Assembly (NCBI GenBank): GCA_000934665.2
Contig: KZ538476.1
Span: 1 to 64,000, forward strand
Length of the DNA stretch: 64,000 nucleotides
Source of the DNA: Catajapyx aquilonaris
Taxonomy: Eukaryota
Direction of reading: 5' to 3'
Shown in pieces: positions 13,161 to 25,372 of this stretch. Each line of letters begins with the position of its first letter. The stretch's first letter is position 1. Position numbers and translations under genes: made by a program. Below the pieces are notes generated by a model that worked only from the letters and a program-made list of their open reading frames with translations, did not search any database and had not been told where the DNA came from.

Positions 13161-13490
13161 TTTATTGTACCCCATGATGGCCCTTACGGGTTCTATAGGA
13201 AGGTGTGGTACACCACCATTTTTCCTCAATTTTCTAAGTTACTTTCACTCCTCTTCAGGGAATCAAGGAAATAGTGTAAGGATAGGGATTTTTGGGGAGG
13301 GAACATGGGTGCAAGTGCAATGTCTGAAAATGGGTCATGTACTGTTTCCCAGGTTGTTAGGTTGCCAGGTACCTCCAAGGCCCTCCTCAGATACCCTCCT
13401 GACGCAGGAGAAAGGGAACTACCATGCGGGGCTCGAACCTGGGACCTTTCACAAGCCGAGACGTTACCATCTCGGCCACCACACCTCCCT
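13161..13490 (-). mobile_element. SINE family B (tRNA-derived head), copy 1
   Basis: A-box tggccgagatgg, B-box ggttcgagccc; aligns end to end with 45664-46032. Confidence 0.9.
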
Positions 13491-13495
13491 CAATA

Positions 13496-13548
13496 ATTAT
13501 ATTTACATATTATAACGTAGCCGAAATGTTATAATATGTAAATATAAT
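13496..13548. repeat. Perfect 21-bp inverted repeat with 11-nt loop
   Basis: attatatttacatattataac-gtagccgaaat-gttataatatgtaaatataat. Confidence 0.9.
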
Positions 13549-13683
13549 ACCAGAGGATTCTTTTGCACATTTTCTTCATTCATACAACTTATAAAATACA
13601 AATGCCTCCTAGTTACTACTAACTGAATTGAATATTTTAATATCAATTAAAAGCTTGATTGGCTTCGGTGCTCTTTTGTATAA

Positions 13684-13733
13684 TTGATACTAGGAGGCGG
13701 AGGAAATTTATTTAATTTAATATTCATTTCGGC

Positions 13734-13801
<68 letters not shown>

Positions 13802-13851
13802 GCCGAAATGAATATGAAATTAAATTAATTTCCTCCGCCTCCTGGTATCAA
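13684..13851. repeat. Inverted repeat (~52-bp arms) centred on an (AT)n tract
   Basis: ttgatactaggaggcggaggaaatt...cggcatt (AT)n aatgccg...aatttcctccgcctcctggtatcaa. Confidence 0.92.
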
Positions 13852-14379
13852 AACGTATTACTGTAGTACAAGGTAGATCCTATAGGATCTACTACAGTAT
13901 ACAGTATACGTATAAAGAATATTGTGTGATTATCCTGGAGTCCCACATGCATATATGTTCAGGAGTTTTCAGCTGGTTCAGAGTTCAGATGAGACCCGCT
14001 TATGTGGCTAAAAATCTTAATGAGCAAACAAATTGTGAAAAAGGGATAGACACCATAAAATTGTCGCTGTTGCCTCTCCAATCCGGTATCACAAACCATA
14101 TTACTACTCGTTGCCTCTCATGCGGTGTAGCCATATACTGTATGGAGGACATATTTTTTAGGATGTAGTCGCACTTCCGGCCAATACTGGACCCAATTTT
14201 AACCTGATGGGATCCAAATTTGATGCGTGGGTAGTTGAGGACCCCTCAAAATATCAGGCCTTTTTATCCTATATTTATTCTCAACCACTTCCAAATACGG
14301 TTCATTGGGTCACTTCCGTTTGAATCATCCTAGCATTAGCAACAACCTGCACTTAACATGATGGTTACTATTTGTGAGC

Positions 14380-15100
14380 AAATCGACTATTACATGGCGG
14401 GTTGTCACCTTGGTTTAAGTGGCAACCACATGTTTACCCTCTACGTCATAATGGTAGAGTTTTTTCATAAATTTTACACAATGATTCCCAATTTAACAAC
14501 ATGGCTGCTTAGAACACTTTGGTAAGTTTAGGGATTTGATCGGCATACTAGGGAGGGGATTCGTCTTAGCTTTCTAATTATGATGACCTAGCATATGAGG
14601 ACATATCAAAGCAACAGGTGGGTCCTTGCGTTTACACTGGGCGAAATACTGTAGCACTTACGAAATTGAGCGCCGTTACGTTTTGTGGCAGGGAAGTGAA
14701 GCTGAAATTCAGTTGCCACCTAATCGCATTAGGAAGGGTTGTTGCCAGAGGGAAGACCGAGCCCATAGGTCTTGGGCCAAGACAATGGGTGCCGTCGAGA
14801 AAGCCCAGTGACGTCACCACAAAATCAAGCATGAGTTTGGGGGTGCCAAAGTCAGCCTTTTACAAACCCAGACCTTGGGAGAGATTCGTAGTCGTTCTCG
14901 GTTTCGGTTTCAATAAAATCGAAATAGAGTGGCGTTGAAGTTGCCTAGAAAGTTGGCAAGAAAGTTACAAACTTTTCGCATGTAATGTAAATGAGGCATA
15001 TATTGTGAGGATCGGAGCGCTGGATTTTCCAGATAAGCAAGTCGAAGAGTTTTGGTACACTGTTTTATTGGTTGGCTCCAGATATCAAAGGCTCTTTAAA
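14380..15100 (-). mobile_element. Decayed PIF/Harbinger-type (DDE_Tnp_4-like) transposase
   Basis: LRLAY (~LRRLAYP), GFLDGTHCLGPRP (~GFIDGT....RP) and LNFSFTSLPQN...VFRPV (~LKFQSV..PNG...FGPV), in order. Confidence 0.45.
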
Positions 15101-15299
15101 CTGGCACACACCTTCTGTCGTTACAACATTACAACTAGTACTTCGTAAGTTATGAACTTTTATTTTATTATACCTCTAAGCGGGACACCCTGTATAAGGG
15201 TCACAAAACTGTAACATAGAAGATCTGGCTAATGGTCACGACAAAAATGACCCAAATTATAACACATTAGGATGGGCAAACCCTGAGAACAAAGGCCTA

Positions 15300-16280
15300 C
15301 ACTAAAACCATAGAAATACAGCTGCCCTTAGCACTATAGGAAAAAGTGGCATGGAATAAATTTGAACTTCTCTTTGTAGGCAGTGTTTATATTATACAGT
15401 AACGCCTATTTTGTTACGTTCAGAATGGGTTAAAAAAGCACCAGGTTTGCAGCTACGAAGCATATATTGCTGGGAAAGGTTGGATATGAACTGATGCCAC
15501 AGTTAAACATGATGTTTTGCCTCTTCCGTAAATATCAGAGAAGTTGACTTAGGACCTGTACATTCTCACCGACTCAATTAAAATGCGCATTAATTTTAGT
15601 TCTCTGTGGACTGAATGGTGCACCATTTTACATTAAAAATATATTCAAAAGTAGCAGTGTTTTCATGTCCATTTTTTTCTCGCCAGGAAATTATGTGTGT
15701 CACATTTCCTGGTTATAGTGATTGATGAGTTGTAACTTTGTTCTGCAAAATGTACTGTTTATGAAACATGGTGCTCCATGGAAGGAGTTATTCATATATC
15801 TTTTTACCGAGGTGTTTCCTCATAATTGGACTCGATCCCATCTGATATGTTTTCATTAGAGATGTGCTCCTGGGTTGCTCTACTCGGATTTGATGGGCGC
15901 CACTGGGTCTACACATTGCCTGATGATAAACTGCTTATCTAAATAAACTGCTTAGGCTCTAGGTAATTATATTACAGACCGCCCCCATCTTGCCTAGACC
16001 TGTACTCTGCTGATATACTGTCGACAATGTAGATTCAGAGTTAATGAGGGAAAGTAAGTTCTTGAATAATAAGCCTCTCTGACTGGCCTGAGATCGGAAG
16101 CATTTTCGTCAGCTGAGCTTGACTTGCCCCGTTTACATATCAAGGGTAGGATTCTCCTTTATATAGGTATGCTCCTGGCCGCTGTCCCTTTCACTTCCGC
16201 CTGTCCACTCCTAAATGAATGTGATTTCGGAACCTTCGCCTTCCCACATCCTCTTCAATAATATTCTGACCATTGGCTAT
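15300..16280 (-). mobile_element. Decayed RTE-like LINE RT remnant
   Basis: Weak ordered remnants MWEGE, LYKGE, KQFI, LLLLNIF, FVAANLV. Confidence 0.33.
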
Positions 16281-16580
16281 ATACAGCTCAGGAATTGCGT
16301 TAGTGTAACTGAGTTTATTACGAAATCATTTCCTTCCATTGGCGGGGGTGTTTCATAATTCAATTGACCAACTTCTAGAGCAAAATCCTGTGCACCACTG
16401 ATCACTAAGAAACGTGGATTACAATCATCAAGTTTTCAAAAATCTTATCTGTGGTTCGAACCATGTCGTATGCCATGAAAATTCTGGTCGAGAAACTAGT
16501 TCACTTTCCCAATGTGTCTTGACGTGACTCTTGACATGCCCCCCAAAAAGGCCAGTGGAGTGAGATTAAGCGATCGGCCA

Positions 16581-16889
16581 TCTATATAAATAAAGCCGTT
16601 TGTGAGTCTGTCTGTCCGCCTGCCAACCGTCATTTGCCTGCCATCTGTGCTCCACCCCCAGGACGGGAAAGAATAGAGGTGTTGTGGGTTGACTACAGAT
16701 GGCAGGCAAATGACGGTTGCCGTTATACAGGCGGGAGAGGTTCAAGGTGTTGGAGTAGCAAGACCACAGATGGCATTGGTGGGCGAACACACAGAAAGAC
16801 AGACAGTTGACGGGGGTACTGGCAGGTGTTTTCCCTTGTGTTTTCCCTTCATTCATTTCTTCCCGGGCAACGCCGAGTGCCGCAGCTAG
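16581..16889 (+). mobile_element. Non-autonomous Helitron, copy 1
   Basis: A|TCTATATAAAT start, ctgt repeats, GC-rich 3' hairpin region (cccgggcaacgccgagtgccg), CTAG|T end, AT target and no TSD. Confidence 0.93.
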
Positions 16890-17482
16890 TATAGTTATGA
16901 GTGTGATAGTTTGCATTATGAGCGTGCCACGATTTTCTGAGAATCTGATTCGCTACGTACGCGAAGCCCAAATTATGTAAAGTTCCCGGCAGAGCCAGCA
17001 AACCCAATAGGTGTAGTCGGGGAATGCCGTGCTGGAAATTTTAAAGTGAAATATGATGCGAAGATTACGTGGCCTCAGAAAATCAACAATTTCGCGTGGA
17101 ATTCGACCTGCCTCATTTATGGCTAGTCCACATCCTCTTGCAAACCTCCCCACTTCCATTGTTAAGCACCCTGCTACAGTACGGCGCTACACGGATTTAC
17201 CAAATTCCCACCACCCTCCAATAACACAATGACAAAATATCGATGGGCCATTATGTTTGTTACAAGTACAGTAGATAAGAGCTCACCGGAGCACACCCTA
17301 AACAATCACCGGGCAAAGAGATTTCCTCCTACATGGCTACTAGAAGTACTGGAATGAAAATGAAAACTGTTATCGTATTACCTCGGTGCCCTCTTTCAGT
17401 CGATATCAAAAACTGTGCCCTGGATACTAAAAAGTCATTTTGCTCCGCACTTGTTGAAACCTGTTTATTGATAACACAGTAT

Positions 17483-17765
17483 GGGCCGTATTCAGAGTCG
17501 TTCGCTAATGCAGCGCAAAAGTCCACACTAACTAAGTAATTCTACTACTAGTTATTATTTTCAAGCTTCCGCCACTGCCTAGTTCGATGTTAGTTCGACG
17601 CAAAAGAAGGGGGTCCCCTTCACTAAGTTTTGCCGCTTTAGAAGGATCGAACTAAGTCCGAACTAGGCCTAAAGCGCGACTCTGCATGCGACTTTTCTTA
17701 GTGAACTGGGTCACGTGGTTTAAATCACTGTACTAACTTCTTGTTGTTGACTCTGAATACGGCCC
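17483..17765. mobile_element. PIF/Harbinger-like MITE, 3-bp TSD (TAT)
   Basis: 17-bp perfect TIR GGGCCGTATTCAGAGTC/GACTCTGAATACGGCCC; tat on both sides. Confidence 0.88.
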
Positions 17766-18049
17766 TATATATAAAAAAAACTGATTGTTGACCCTCGTTA
17801 TTAATTATCTTTTAGTTGTTGCCGATAGTTAATAACGAGGATATGCACAAAATAGACTTAGCATTCTGACTGACACACGCTTCATGTAAAAGAGGACCAT
17901 TTGAACTCAACTAGTCCCACGACACTCGATTTACTCTGCATACACAACGAATAGTAGTCAAGCAGTCGTGCGACACCATCCGGTACCGGTGCTCTGGCAA
18001 CGTAGCCGACCTGTTATCTTCCCCAAGCGCCGGCCACGAACCCACGAGC

Positions 18050-18660
18050 TGTCCCACGAGAATGCCAATTATGCCCGGCATCAGGCACATTAGGCATAGG
18101 CTACGTCAATTCCGCACCATTTCCTAGTCTCACGACAACACCACATCTAAAGGCCTCACTCACTGGTGTTGTCCAACAAGTGTTGTCCGACAAGTTTCTA
18201 CACCATGGCGGTTAACATGTTTTTCTCCCGAGCTCATATAAAGTCGAGCGGAAAATAAATACGGCTCCGATTTGAGGCAATTTTCATGCAATTTGAAGTG
18301 ATTTTCCCAGAAGGCCACTGTACTGCTATTGGATTGTTGTTGAAGATTGAACCTGATAAGGCCCCGGTATTTGGCATGGTGGCAAGCAAGCAAGCGTACC
18401 GAAAACGTAGCACCTCGAACGAGGCAATATCCGAGTCCAACGACGCCTAAAAGCCAGCTCTCAGGGCTTGGAAGCGACGAATCTCTTACGCGGATGTCAA
18501 GATTCTCTCAGGGGACTTTAGGTGGCTCTTCAAAGCCAATTTTGCTCCCAATTCCCACGTACGTGGCCCCGGGCCTGATTTTGCATCTCCGACGTCAACC
18601 TGACTTTCTAACAGCGTCGGGTGTAATTTCTATGCTCACCCCACACTTGACATACAGGGT
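18050..18660 (-). mobile_element. Decayed LINE RT remnant (R4/Dong-like)
   Basis: EITPDAVRK..IRPG, PESWLLG (~PEWLTTG), KYRGL (~NYRPI), GIDVAYA..HNW (~WIDY.KAYDSVPHSW), in order. Confidence 0.42.
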
Positions 18661-19098
18661 GAGGGACTGATTCTGTCGTGGTCCTAATCGATTTCTATTT
18701 TATAGTTGAGGTTTCAGTTTTAATGTTGATAAAGTGCAATGAAGTGATTCGCTATATGCTGTAACGGTTTATTGTAGCGTCCTTTAAACGGCTCCCATTA
18801 ATGCATTATTCCGCTCCGTGATGTGGATTTCATCAACGATATATAACGACAGTCGAGTGAAAAGAGAGGCTTGTATCACCTTGACTACCACTATTTAATT
18901 ACATTAATAGTAGGGCCCTTGCAGGAAGCGGGATGCTCACTGCAGATTGCATGCCCTTATTCCTCTCTTCCACGGTATATCATGACATGGGTGATTAGAG
19001 CGTCCATTATTGGCCACATTAATTACTCCCGTTTGTGTTGCTATCTGGAGTGCATTGGCATTTCAAAGATCCTGCCTTTGACCAGGCGTGTTTTAAAT

Positions 19099-19365
19099 AT
19101 TATTTTTATTTATTTATCATACTCTGTGCTATAGAGCCTTTGGCTCCCTTAGGGGGGTGGATTACCACCATCGGATGGGACAAGGGATAGGGAAGGAAGG
19201 AAGCGGCTGTGGCCTATTTTGACGGAAACGACCTCGGAATTGTCCTGGGGGAGACCATGGAAAACCACAGAAAACCATGGTCCGGGTCGCCGGCCCCGGG
19301 ATTCGAACCCAGGACCTCCCGATTAGCAGGCGGGCTCCTTATCCCCTACACCAACCTGCTTCGGT
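19099..19365 (-). mobile_element. SINE family A, copy 2 (different 3' tail)
   Basis: Same head and core as copy 1; TSD gcgtgttttaaat at 19086-19098 and 19366-19378. Confidence 0.93.
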
Positions 19366-20604
19366 GCGTGTTTTAAATGTTAGTATCAATGTGGATGTAA
19401 AAATATCGGTGACAACGTGATAATTGGTCGTGTAAATTTAATGAACATAAAACGTGGCATGTTGATGGTATAAATTAGGGATGGAAGTTATTGTTGTAGT
19501 TTTGTCATTCCGGATGTTTTCCCCCTCATTAATTATTATATAAATAGTTATCAACAGTATATTACTACGCAAATATCCATTCAATATGTGAGTGGTAGGC
19601 CACTTATTTGTACACTTACACAGCTCGCCTGTTCTCAAAACAATGCACGGATAATTGGGCCAATTAACATCAAAAATAATCAGTTTAATTGATTTGCCAT
19701 ACAGTCGAAACTGATCTCTTGTTGTTATACCTGTTTCCACCGGTACAGTACAAATACATAATAGGCTTATACCTATACCGGTATAGTATACCTCATATTA
19801 GTATTGGTGGAAATTTCGTGGACGCTGTCGACTCAACCTTCAAGTGCGGCATGGCATCATGCATATACCGTAAGACCTGCCTATTAATGTTCTCTCCGAA
19901 TGTTTTTTTTAAAGAACTATTTGTTATACTTGTATAAGACATATTGAGTGCTGAATGATTCAGGCTTTACTGTTTGTGGTGACATTTTACATTTTTGGAA
20001 ACACGTGGAATTATTCGCATCATAGTGTGTAGGGATGTTTCCCAGTAAGTGGGATGTTCCTATCGTGTAGAGCCAAGATTTTAAATACGGTACTGTATTA
20101 TGTTCAATCCTCTATCACGTCACAAACTATCCCACATTCCGGAAATGATAATTAGGGTAATTACTTTAGCAGGAAAGGCTATACTGCCTTCGTTCTAATG
20201 TAGCCCAGGAATCTGACTCCGCCACCATTAAAAGTCCAAATGGGCGTTAATGCCCATTACGCTGCTTTACAGTCAGGCAACATGATTCATTTTGTAGTCT
20301 CTAGTAACGTATTCCGCCGTGAGCTGCCACGCTTCATTTGAACAGACGCCTTCTTCCTGGTCTTTACTACAGAGTTCGGTGGCCAAAACTCATGATAGGA
20401 TAGGGGAAGTGTAGCAATAACACAATAGACTGTAACAGTAGAATGTATGCCCTATGTGTGTCAGTCCGGCGCTGGTGTAGCCTCCACAATCTTGCAGAGA
20501 CGGTGGCGGTCCTGGTGGATGGCTACTGAAGCTGCCTCTAAAAGCCCCCGGACACTCATACTACCTTCTGCCTATCGCCTGCCTATCGCCCTATCGCCTG
20601 CCGA

Positions 20605-20846
20605 GGCATTTTGCAGGGGGTGCTCACCTGAGAGCGCCATGAGACATTTCGGAGCCCAGGTAGGTGGCGACCCTACCTGACTAGGCTGAACTTTATAGGT
20701 ACGAAAAGGAAGAGTTACATTGGGCCCGCATGTAGCGCTTCCCTTTCGTACCTATAAAGTTCAGCCTAGTCCGGCAGGGTCGCCACTTACCTGGGCTCCG
20801 AAATGTCTCATGGCGCTCTCAATGTGAGCACCCCCTGCAAAACGCC
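20605..20846. mobile_element. Foldback element (~115-bp arms), superfamily unassigned
   Basis: ggcattttgcagggggtgctcac... pairs with ...gtgagcaccccctgcaaaacgcc; short loop; no TSD found. Confidence 0.85.
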
Positions 20847-21349
20847 CTGGAAGGGTGGGTGGGAGTGACCAGACCTTACTTTCTATGACCGTGCTTTGGA
20901 CCAAAAATTTTCGATAGGGCTTATTGATGCCCGTTTTAAAAAAAATCAACTTAATGATGACCACTTCAGTTCACATTTGTCGTCAAATAAGGAATGTCAA
21001 CAGGCGTTGGTTTCGTATGCGTAGATGCATGAGAAATAGCATGTTGCCAATGAATATACGTATAGGGTGATGAGAAAACATTTATTGTTTTCACACCGAT
21101 AGCAATGCCGTGTCATGCGCAATTTATCATAACTTTATCTAACACGATTTCTCTAATAAAAATGGACGTTTATGTTTGTGTTGGTCAGTCCTGGCTCATT
21201 GGCAGAAGCAATTTTTTCCATTCCCCCCTGCTTTCACCAATAACAGTTTGCTGTGGCGGTTTTTGGTGGGAGTGTATCGCTTCAATTGCCATAACCTGCT
21301 CATTGCTACTCAGTCGAGAACTACAGTATAGGTTATGAACCCCCATGGA

Positions 21350-22115
21350 GGTCAAAGCCTAAAGGCTTTTGCGGCGGCGCAAGGGTTGCCACTCGCCCAG
21401 CAGGGAAGCCCATGATTTCTTGTGGATTTCAAGCCTGCGAATATGGCCTGGCGTATAGAAGGATTTTGTGGATGTCGGCATGATGCCAGCAACGTCACCG
21501 GATCCTGCCTAAAGTTGTGGTTATTAAGCCAGGACCTCATTTTGAACCCCCCTCACCACAGTATTTTTATTGTGCGATCGGTAAAACCTCTATTGATAAT
21601 TAGGCCCCACATTATGTGCTGTATAACAGGCCTCTTCTATACATTCATGAAATAGTGTTTTGGCGAGAGAGCAGTGAGTTGTTATTTACAGCAAGCCACG
21701 GGGCAGGGTGGGGTGTATGGTGAGTGGGGGTGGGATTAGTGAAACATATTAATTAGGATGGGGTAGCAGTTAGTGTTTGAGACTATATAGGGCCGTGGGC
21801 TGCATTAGACTGTTAGTGTAGCAGCATGTTGAAGGGGATTTATGGAGTTTCAGTGTGAGTTTGTGGACCCCGTGACTTGCTTGGACGAGTCTGAGCGAGT
21901 GCATGTGACGAGAGTAAATGTTAACAGTGGATGTGGCTTGATGAAACGGGAAGGATGCAAATGTGCTGATGAAAAGGCAAAATCAACAAAGCAGCGTTGC
22001 AGCTGAGTACGATAATAACGATTATGTCGTAGGCGATACAACATGCTGTTGTCATGCAGTACAGCTGCGGGCGACATCGTGATGCAAAGGGATGAAGGAG
22101 ACCTGCTGTATACAC
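21350..22115 (-). mobile_element. Possible decayed RNase H/C-terminal region of an I-superfamily LINE
   Basis: VYTAG (~IYTDGS), AAVL...YRL...TQL (~AAV...RL...AEL), later TPGH (~RTGH). Confidence 0.33.
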
Positions 22116-22387
22116 AGTAGAGCTTATAATGTATAGGGGTGTGACAAAATTCTTTTCTTGGGCTAATATTCTACAATTTAAAATAAACTTCAGTCATTTC
22201 CGTTATCTCATCTATCTATTTATTTAAATTTATTTATTAGTGGTACTTATTTATTAGTGGTACTCCTGATGAGCTTCTGCTCAATTAGGCGGACCAGCCC
22301 ATATACAATGCAGTTGTAAATGGATACAGTTGATATTGAATGTGACATATTGATAAAATAAATATTTGCCTTAACCTACTGTATTAA

Positions 22388-22679
22388 TAATTTGTACCCC
22401 GTGCTAGAGGCATGGGCTCTCTTAAGGGGGGGGGGGGGATACCTCCATATTTTTTTCTGTCTGGAACGCTTTCATGCATTTTTACTTTCTCCTTATTGGG
22501 GATGGGATAGGGACGGAAGGAAGCGGCTGTGGCCTATAATTACGGACACGACCCCGGAATGATTGTCCTGGTGGGACCATAGAAAACCACGGTCAGGGTC
22601 GGCGGCCCCCGGGATTCGAACCCAGGACCTCCCGATTAGCAGTCGGATACCATATCCCCTCCGCTACCACTGCTTCGGT
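22388..22679 (-). mobile_element. SINE family A, copy 3 (third 3' tail)
   Basis: Same head and core; TSD aacctactgtattaa at 22373-22387 and 22682-22696. Confidence 0.92.
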
Positions 22680-23132
22680 TAAACCTACTGTATTAAAGCA
22701 CAATGTCACTAAATTGTAGAATTTCTGCTGCTAGTTTGCAAAATGAGTAATATTGTGCGCCGAATGTGGATCCGTAGGCCTATACTTCTGAACACCAAAA
22801 TATTCCGGTATTTGGGGAGCCAAAAAGTATTCCTGAAAAAGTGGCACTCATATAAAAAATGGTACACTGTAATTTTGCAAAGGGTACAATAATTCTCAGA
22901 ATCTTACTCCTTAAATTTACACTCTTCCCACGAGATGGAATGAGATTTAGCCATCAGATTTACTCGCACCGGTATTATAATTAACGTAAGTTATATGGTA
23001 ATTTGCTTTTTCCGGTTTCTTGTGCATGAACAATAGTTGACCGCAGCAGGATACACAAAGGCCTGTACAGAATACTACAAAGCACTCACCAAAATAATAC
23101 ACAAATGGAAATAATAATTATTAACATTTTAT

Positions 23133-23193
23133 TAAACATTTTAGCCCTAAATTTAATATAATTATTATATCAAATTTAGGGCTAAAATGTTTA
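23133..23193. repeat. AT-rich ~60-bp palindrome
   Basis: taaacattttagccctaaattt...aaatttagggctaaaatgttta. Confidence 0.88.
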
Positions 23194-23298
23194 GGCTACA
23201 GAATTTTGAGAAATATATTCGGTCCCCGGTTATCAGCGGTAATTGGTTTAAAGCTCCCGGGGATAAGTTGAATCCGAAAATAAATCGAACCCTATAAC

Positions 23299-25020
23299 AA
23301 CAAGGTTTTTGGCACATGAACAATTTTAGTTGTTTCTAATGCATTCATATGCGCTGATTCCGAATATGAAGTCAGAAAGTGTCCCATCACCCTCCATTTT
23401 TTTGTAACAGCCATGCCTTATTTTGAGGAAAGTACAATGCACATTGTTCTATGTGACTAATATAATCAACAATGGTTTTGTTAAATGAGCCACTTTCACT
23501 TTTATTGTGTATTCGAATGCGCTGATTACGAATATGAAGTCAAAATTTCAATATCGGTACCCATGTTCTTGTAACAGGCCTTACTCTGCCGAGAATAGGC
23601 CTATTTTGCATAGCTCAATATTATTAATTTATTGGGCAACATTGGGTTTTGTTTAAGTCACCATTTTGGTGTCTCTCATGTATTAGAAGGCGCTGATTGT
23701 GAATATGAAGTCAGAATTTTAATATCGGCATCCATTTTCTTGTAACAAGCGTATACCTTGTTTTCTAGAATTACCGAACATTGCTCACTGTCACTTTATG
23801 CATATTTCTTGTAAACATTATTCCATATGAAGATTTTGGTGTATCTACAATGGGGGCACCATGACTAATCCATCCTAAGCCCATACTAGGCCCTATTAGT
23901 CATTACTTACTCACAAATTTATTTCAAAGTGTATGACTCGAGCCTACATTAAGAGAAGCTTTTTGATACCATAAAAATGGCAATTACTCAAAAACTACAT
24001 GTGATAAAATCAAATGTTTAACAGATTTTAATTCGGGGCAAAAAGTACTACTTGTACAGGGCTATTCATAAGTCTTGACCCTATTTTAAAAATTCACCAA
24101 AAATACACTACACAACAGATAGTTGTAATTAATATACCAAAGGAGCGAGAAAGGATCCGAGTTTTTTTTACACACATTACAAATGTTCAATGTGTCCTCC
24201 TCTGGAGATGCGGCACACATCTATAGCCGACACTCCATTTCGCCCCATACGGGAGCAAGCAGGTGACATGCTTGCTCTCGTATGGGGCGAAATGGAGTAA
24301 ATTTTTGTTAGGTCAATCATTGAGAGTTTGTGACAGCCATGGTGATGCGGTGGCGAAGTTCCTGGACATTGGCAGTTAGTGGAGGCACAAAGACAGTGTC
24401 GTTCACAAATCCCAGTAAGAAAAAGTTGCGAGTTAAATCGGGTGGCCAGGGTGGCCACCGCATTAACACCTCATCATCGGGACTTGTGTGTCCAATCCAA
24501 CGTCGCGGTAGGTTTTGGTTGAAGTACCATCGCACCTGGGTATGGAAATTTCAGGTGGAGCACCATCTTGTTGAAAGAGGTAATCCTCCATGTTCATTTA
24601 TAATGTATAATTTATCATTTTCTAACTACTGCCTCCTAGCGGCACAGCAAGGCTACAACACGAGAGGGGTTTGCTGTAAAAAAAACTCGGATCCTTTCTC
24701 GCTCTTTTGGTATATTAATTACAACTATCTGTTGTGTAGTGTATTTTTGGTGAATTTTTAAAATAGGGTCAAGACTTATGAATAGCCCTGTATATGCAGC
24801 GCATATTCATGTACATGTGCCAAAAAAGTTCAATTTTGTCAATGTGCTATACATAACATTGAAGGAAAATCTTTGCTACCGTAAAATGACAATTACTCAA
24901 AAACTGTGGGTGATAGAAAATATTGGTTGGCAATTTTGAAATTAGCGCAATAAATACATTAAGAATCTCATATTCAAGTCCATGTGCCAGAAAAAATGTT
25001 CAGTTTTGTTGGCTGGTGTA
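23299..25020. mobile_element. Old non-autonomous DNA transposon with internal ~170-bp repeats (possibly Chapaev-like)
   Basis: gcgctgatt..gaatatgaagtca recurs at ~23351, 23519 and 23690; tttggcacatg (23308) is inverted at ~24815 and ~24981; caattactcaaaaact recurs at ~23981 and 24890. Confidence 0.45.
24057..24790 (-). mobile_element. Internally deleted mariner-like element (rosa/DD41D-like), ~115-bp TIRs, TA TSD
   Basis: TA|CAGGGCTATTCATAAG...CTTATGAATAGCCCTG|TA; minus-strand QQDGAPP, NLPRRWIG, WPPWPPDLT.NFFLLGFVND, DVCRISRGGHIEHL. Confidence 0.93.
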
Positions 25021-25024
25021 ATTA

Positions 25025-25124
25025 CAGTTGAATCCTGATATAACAGACTTCAAGGAACCGCGGAAATCAGTATGTTATAACCAAGGTCTGTTATAGCCGA
25101 GGCTATTATATCCGGATTCACCTG
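25025..25124. mobile_element. Short pogo-like MITE, TA TSD
   Basis: TA|CAGTTGAATCC...GGATTCACCTG|TA with gttata subterminal motifs. Confidence 0.75.
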
Positions 25125-25189
25125 TATAATATACGCTTTTAAACTTGCATGCCTATCTATGATAAGTTTAATTATTTTTTTACGAATTA

Positions 25190-25372
25190 AGCCTTGTTTC
25201 CACCGGCATAATTATTTTTGAGCACAAAATGAAAAGCACAAAAATATAGCACAAAATCAAACAAACTTTATTATTATTACTTTATCGCCTAGCTTTAATC
25301 GCCTAGCAACAAAAAAAATGTTCTGCCTTACATTTTGTCGATTACAAAAATTATGCCAGTGGAAACAAGGCT
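25190..25372. mobile_element. PIF/Harbinger MITE, TTA TSD
   Basis: TIR AGCCTTGTTTCCAC.GGCATAATT / AATTATGCC.GTGGAAACAAGGCT; tta at 25187-25189 and 25373-25375. Confidence 0.9.
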
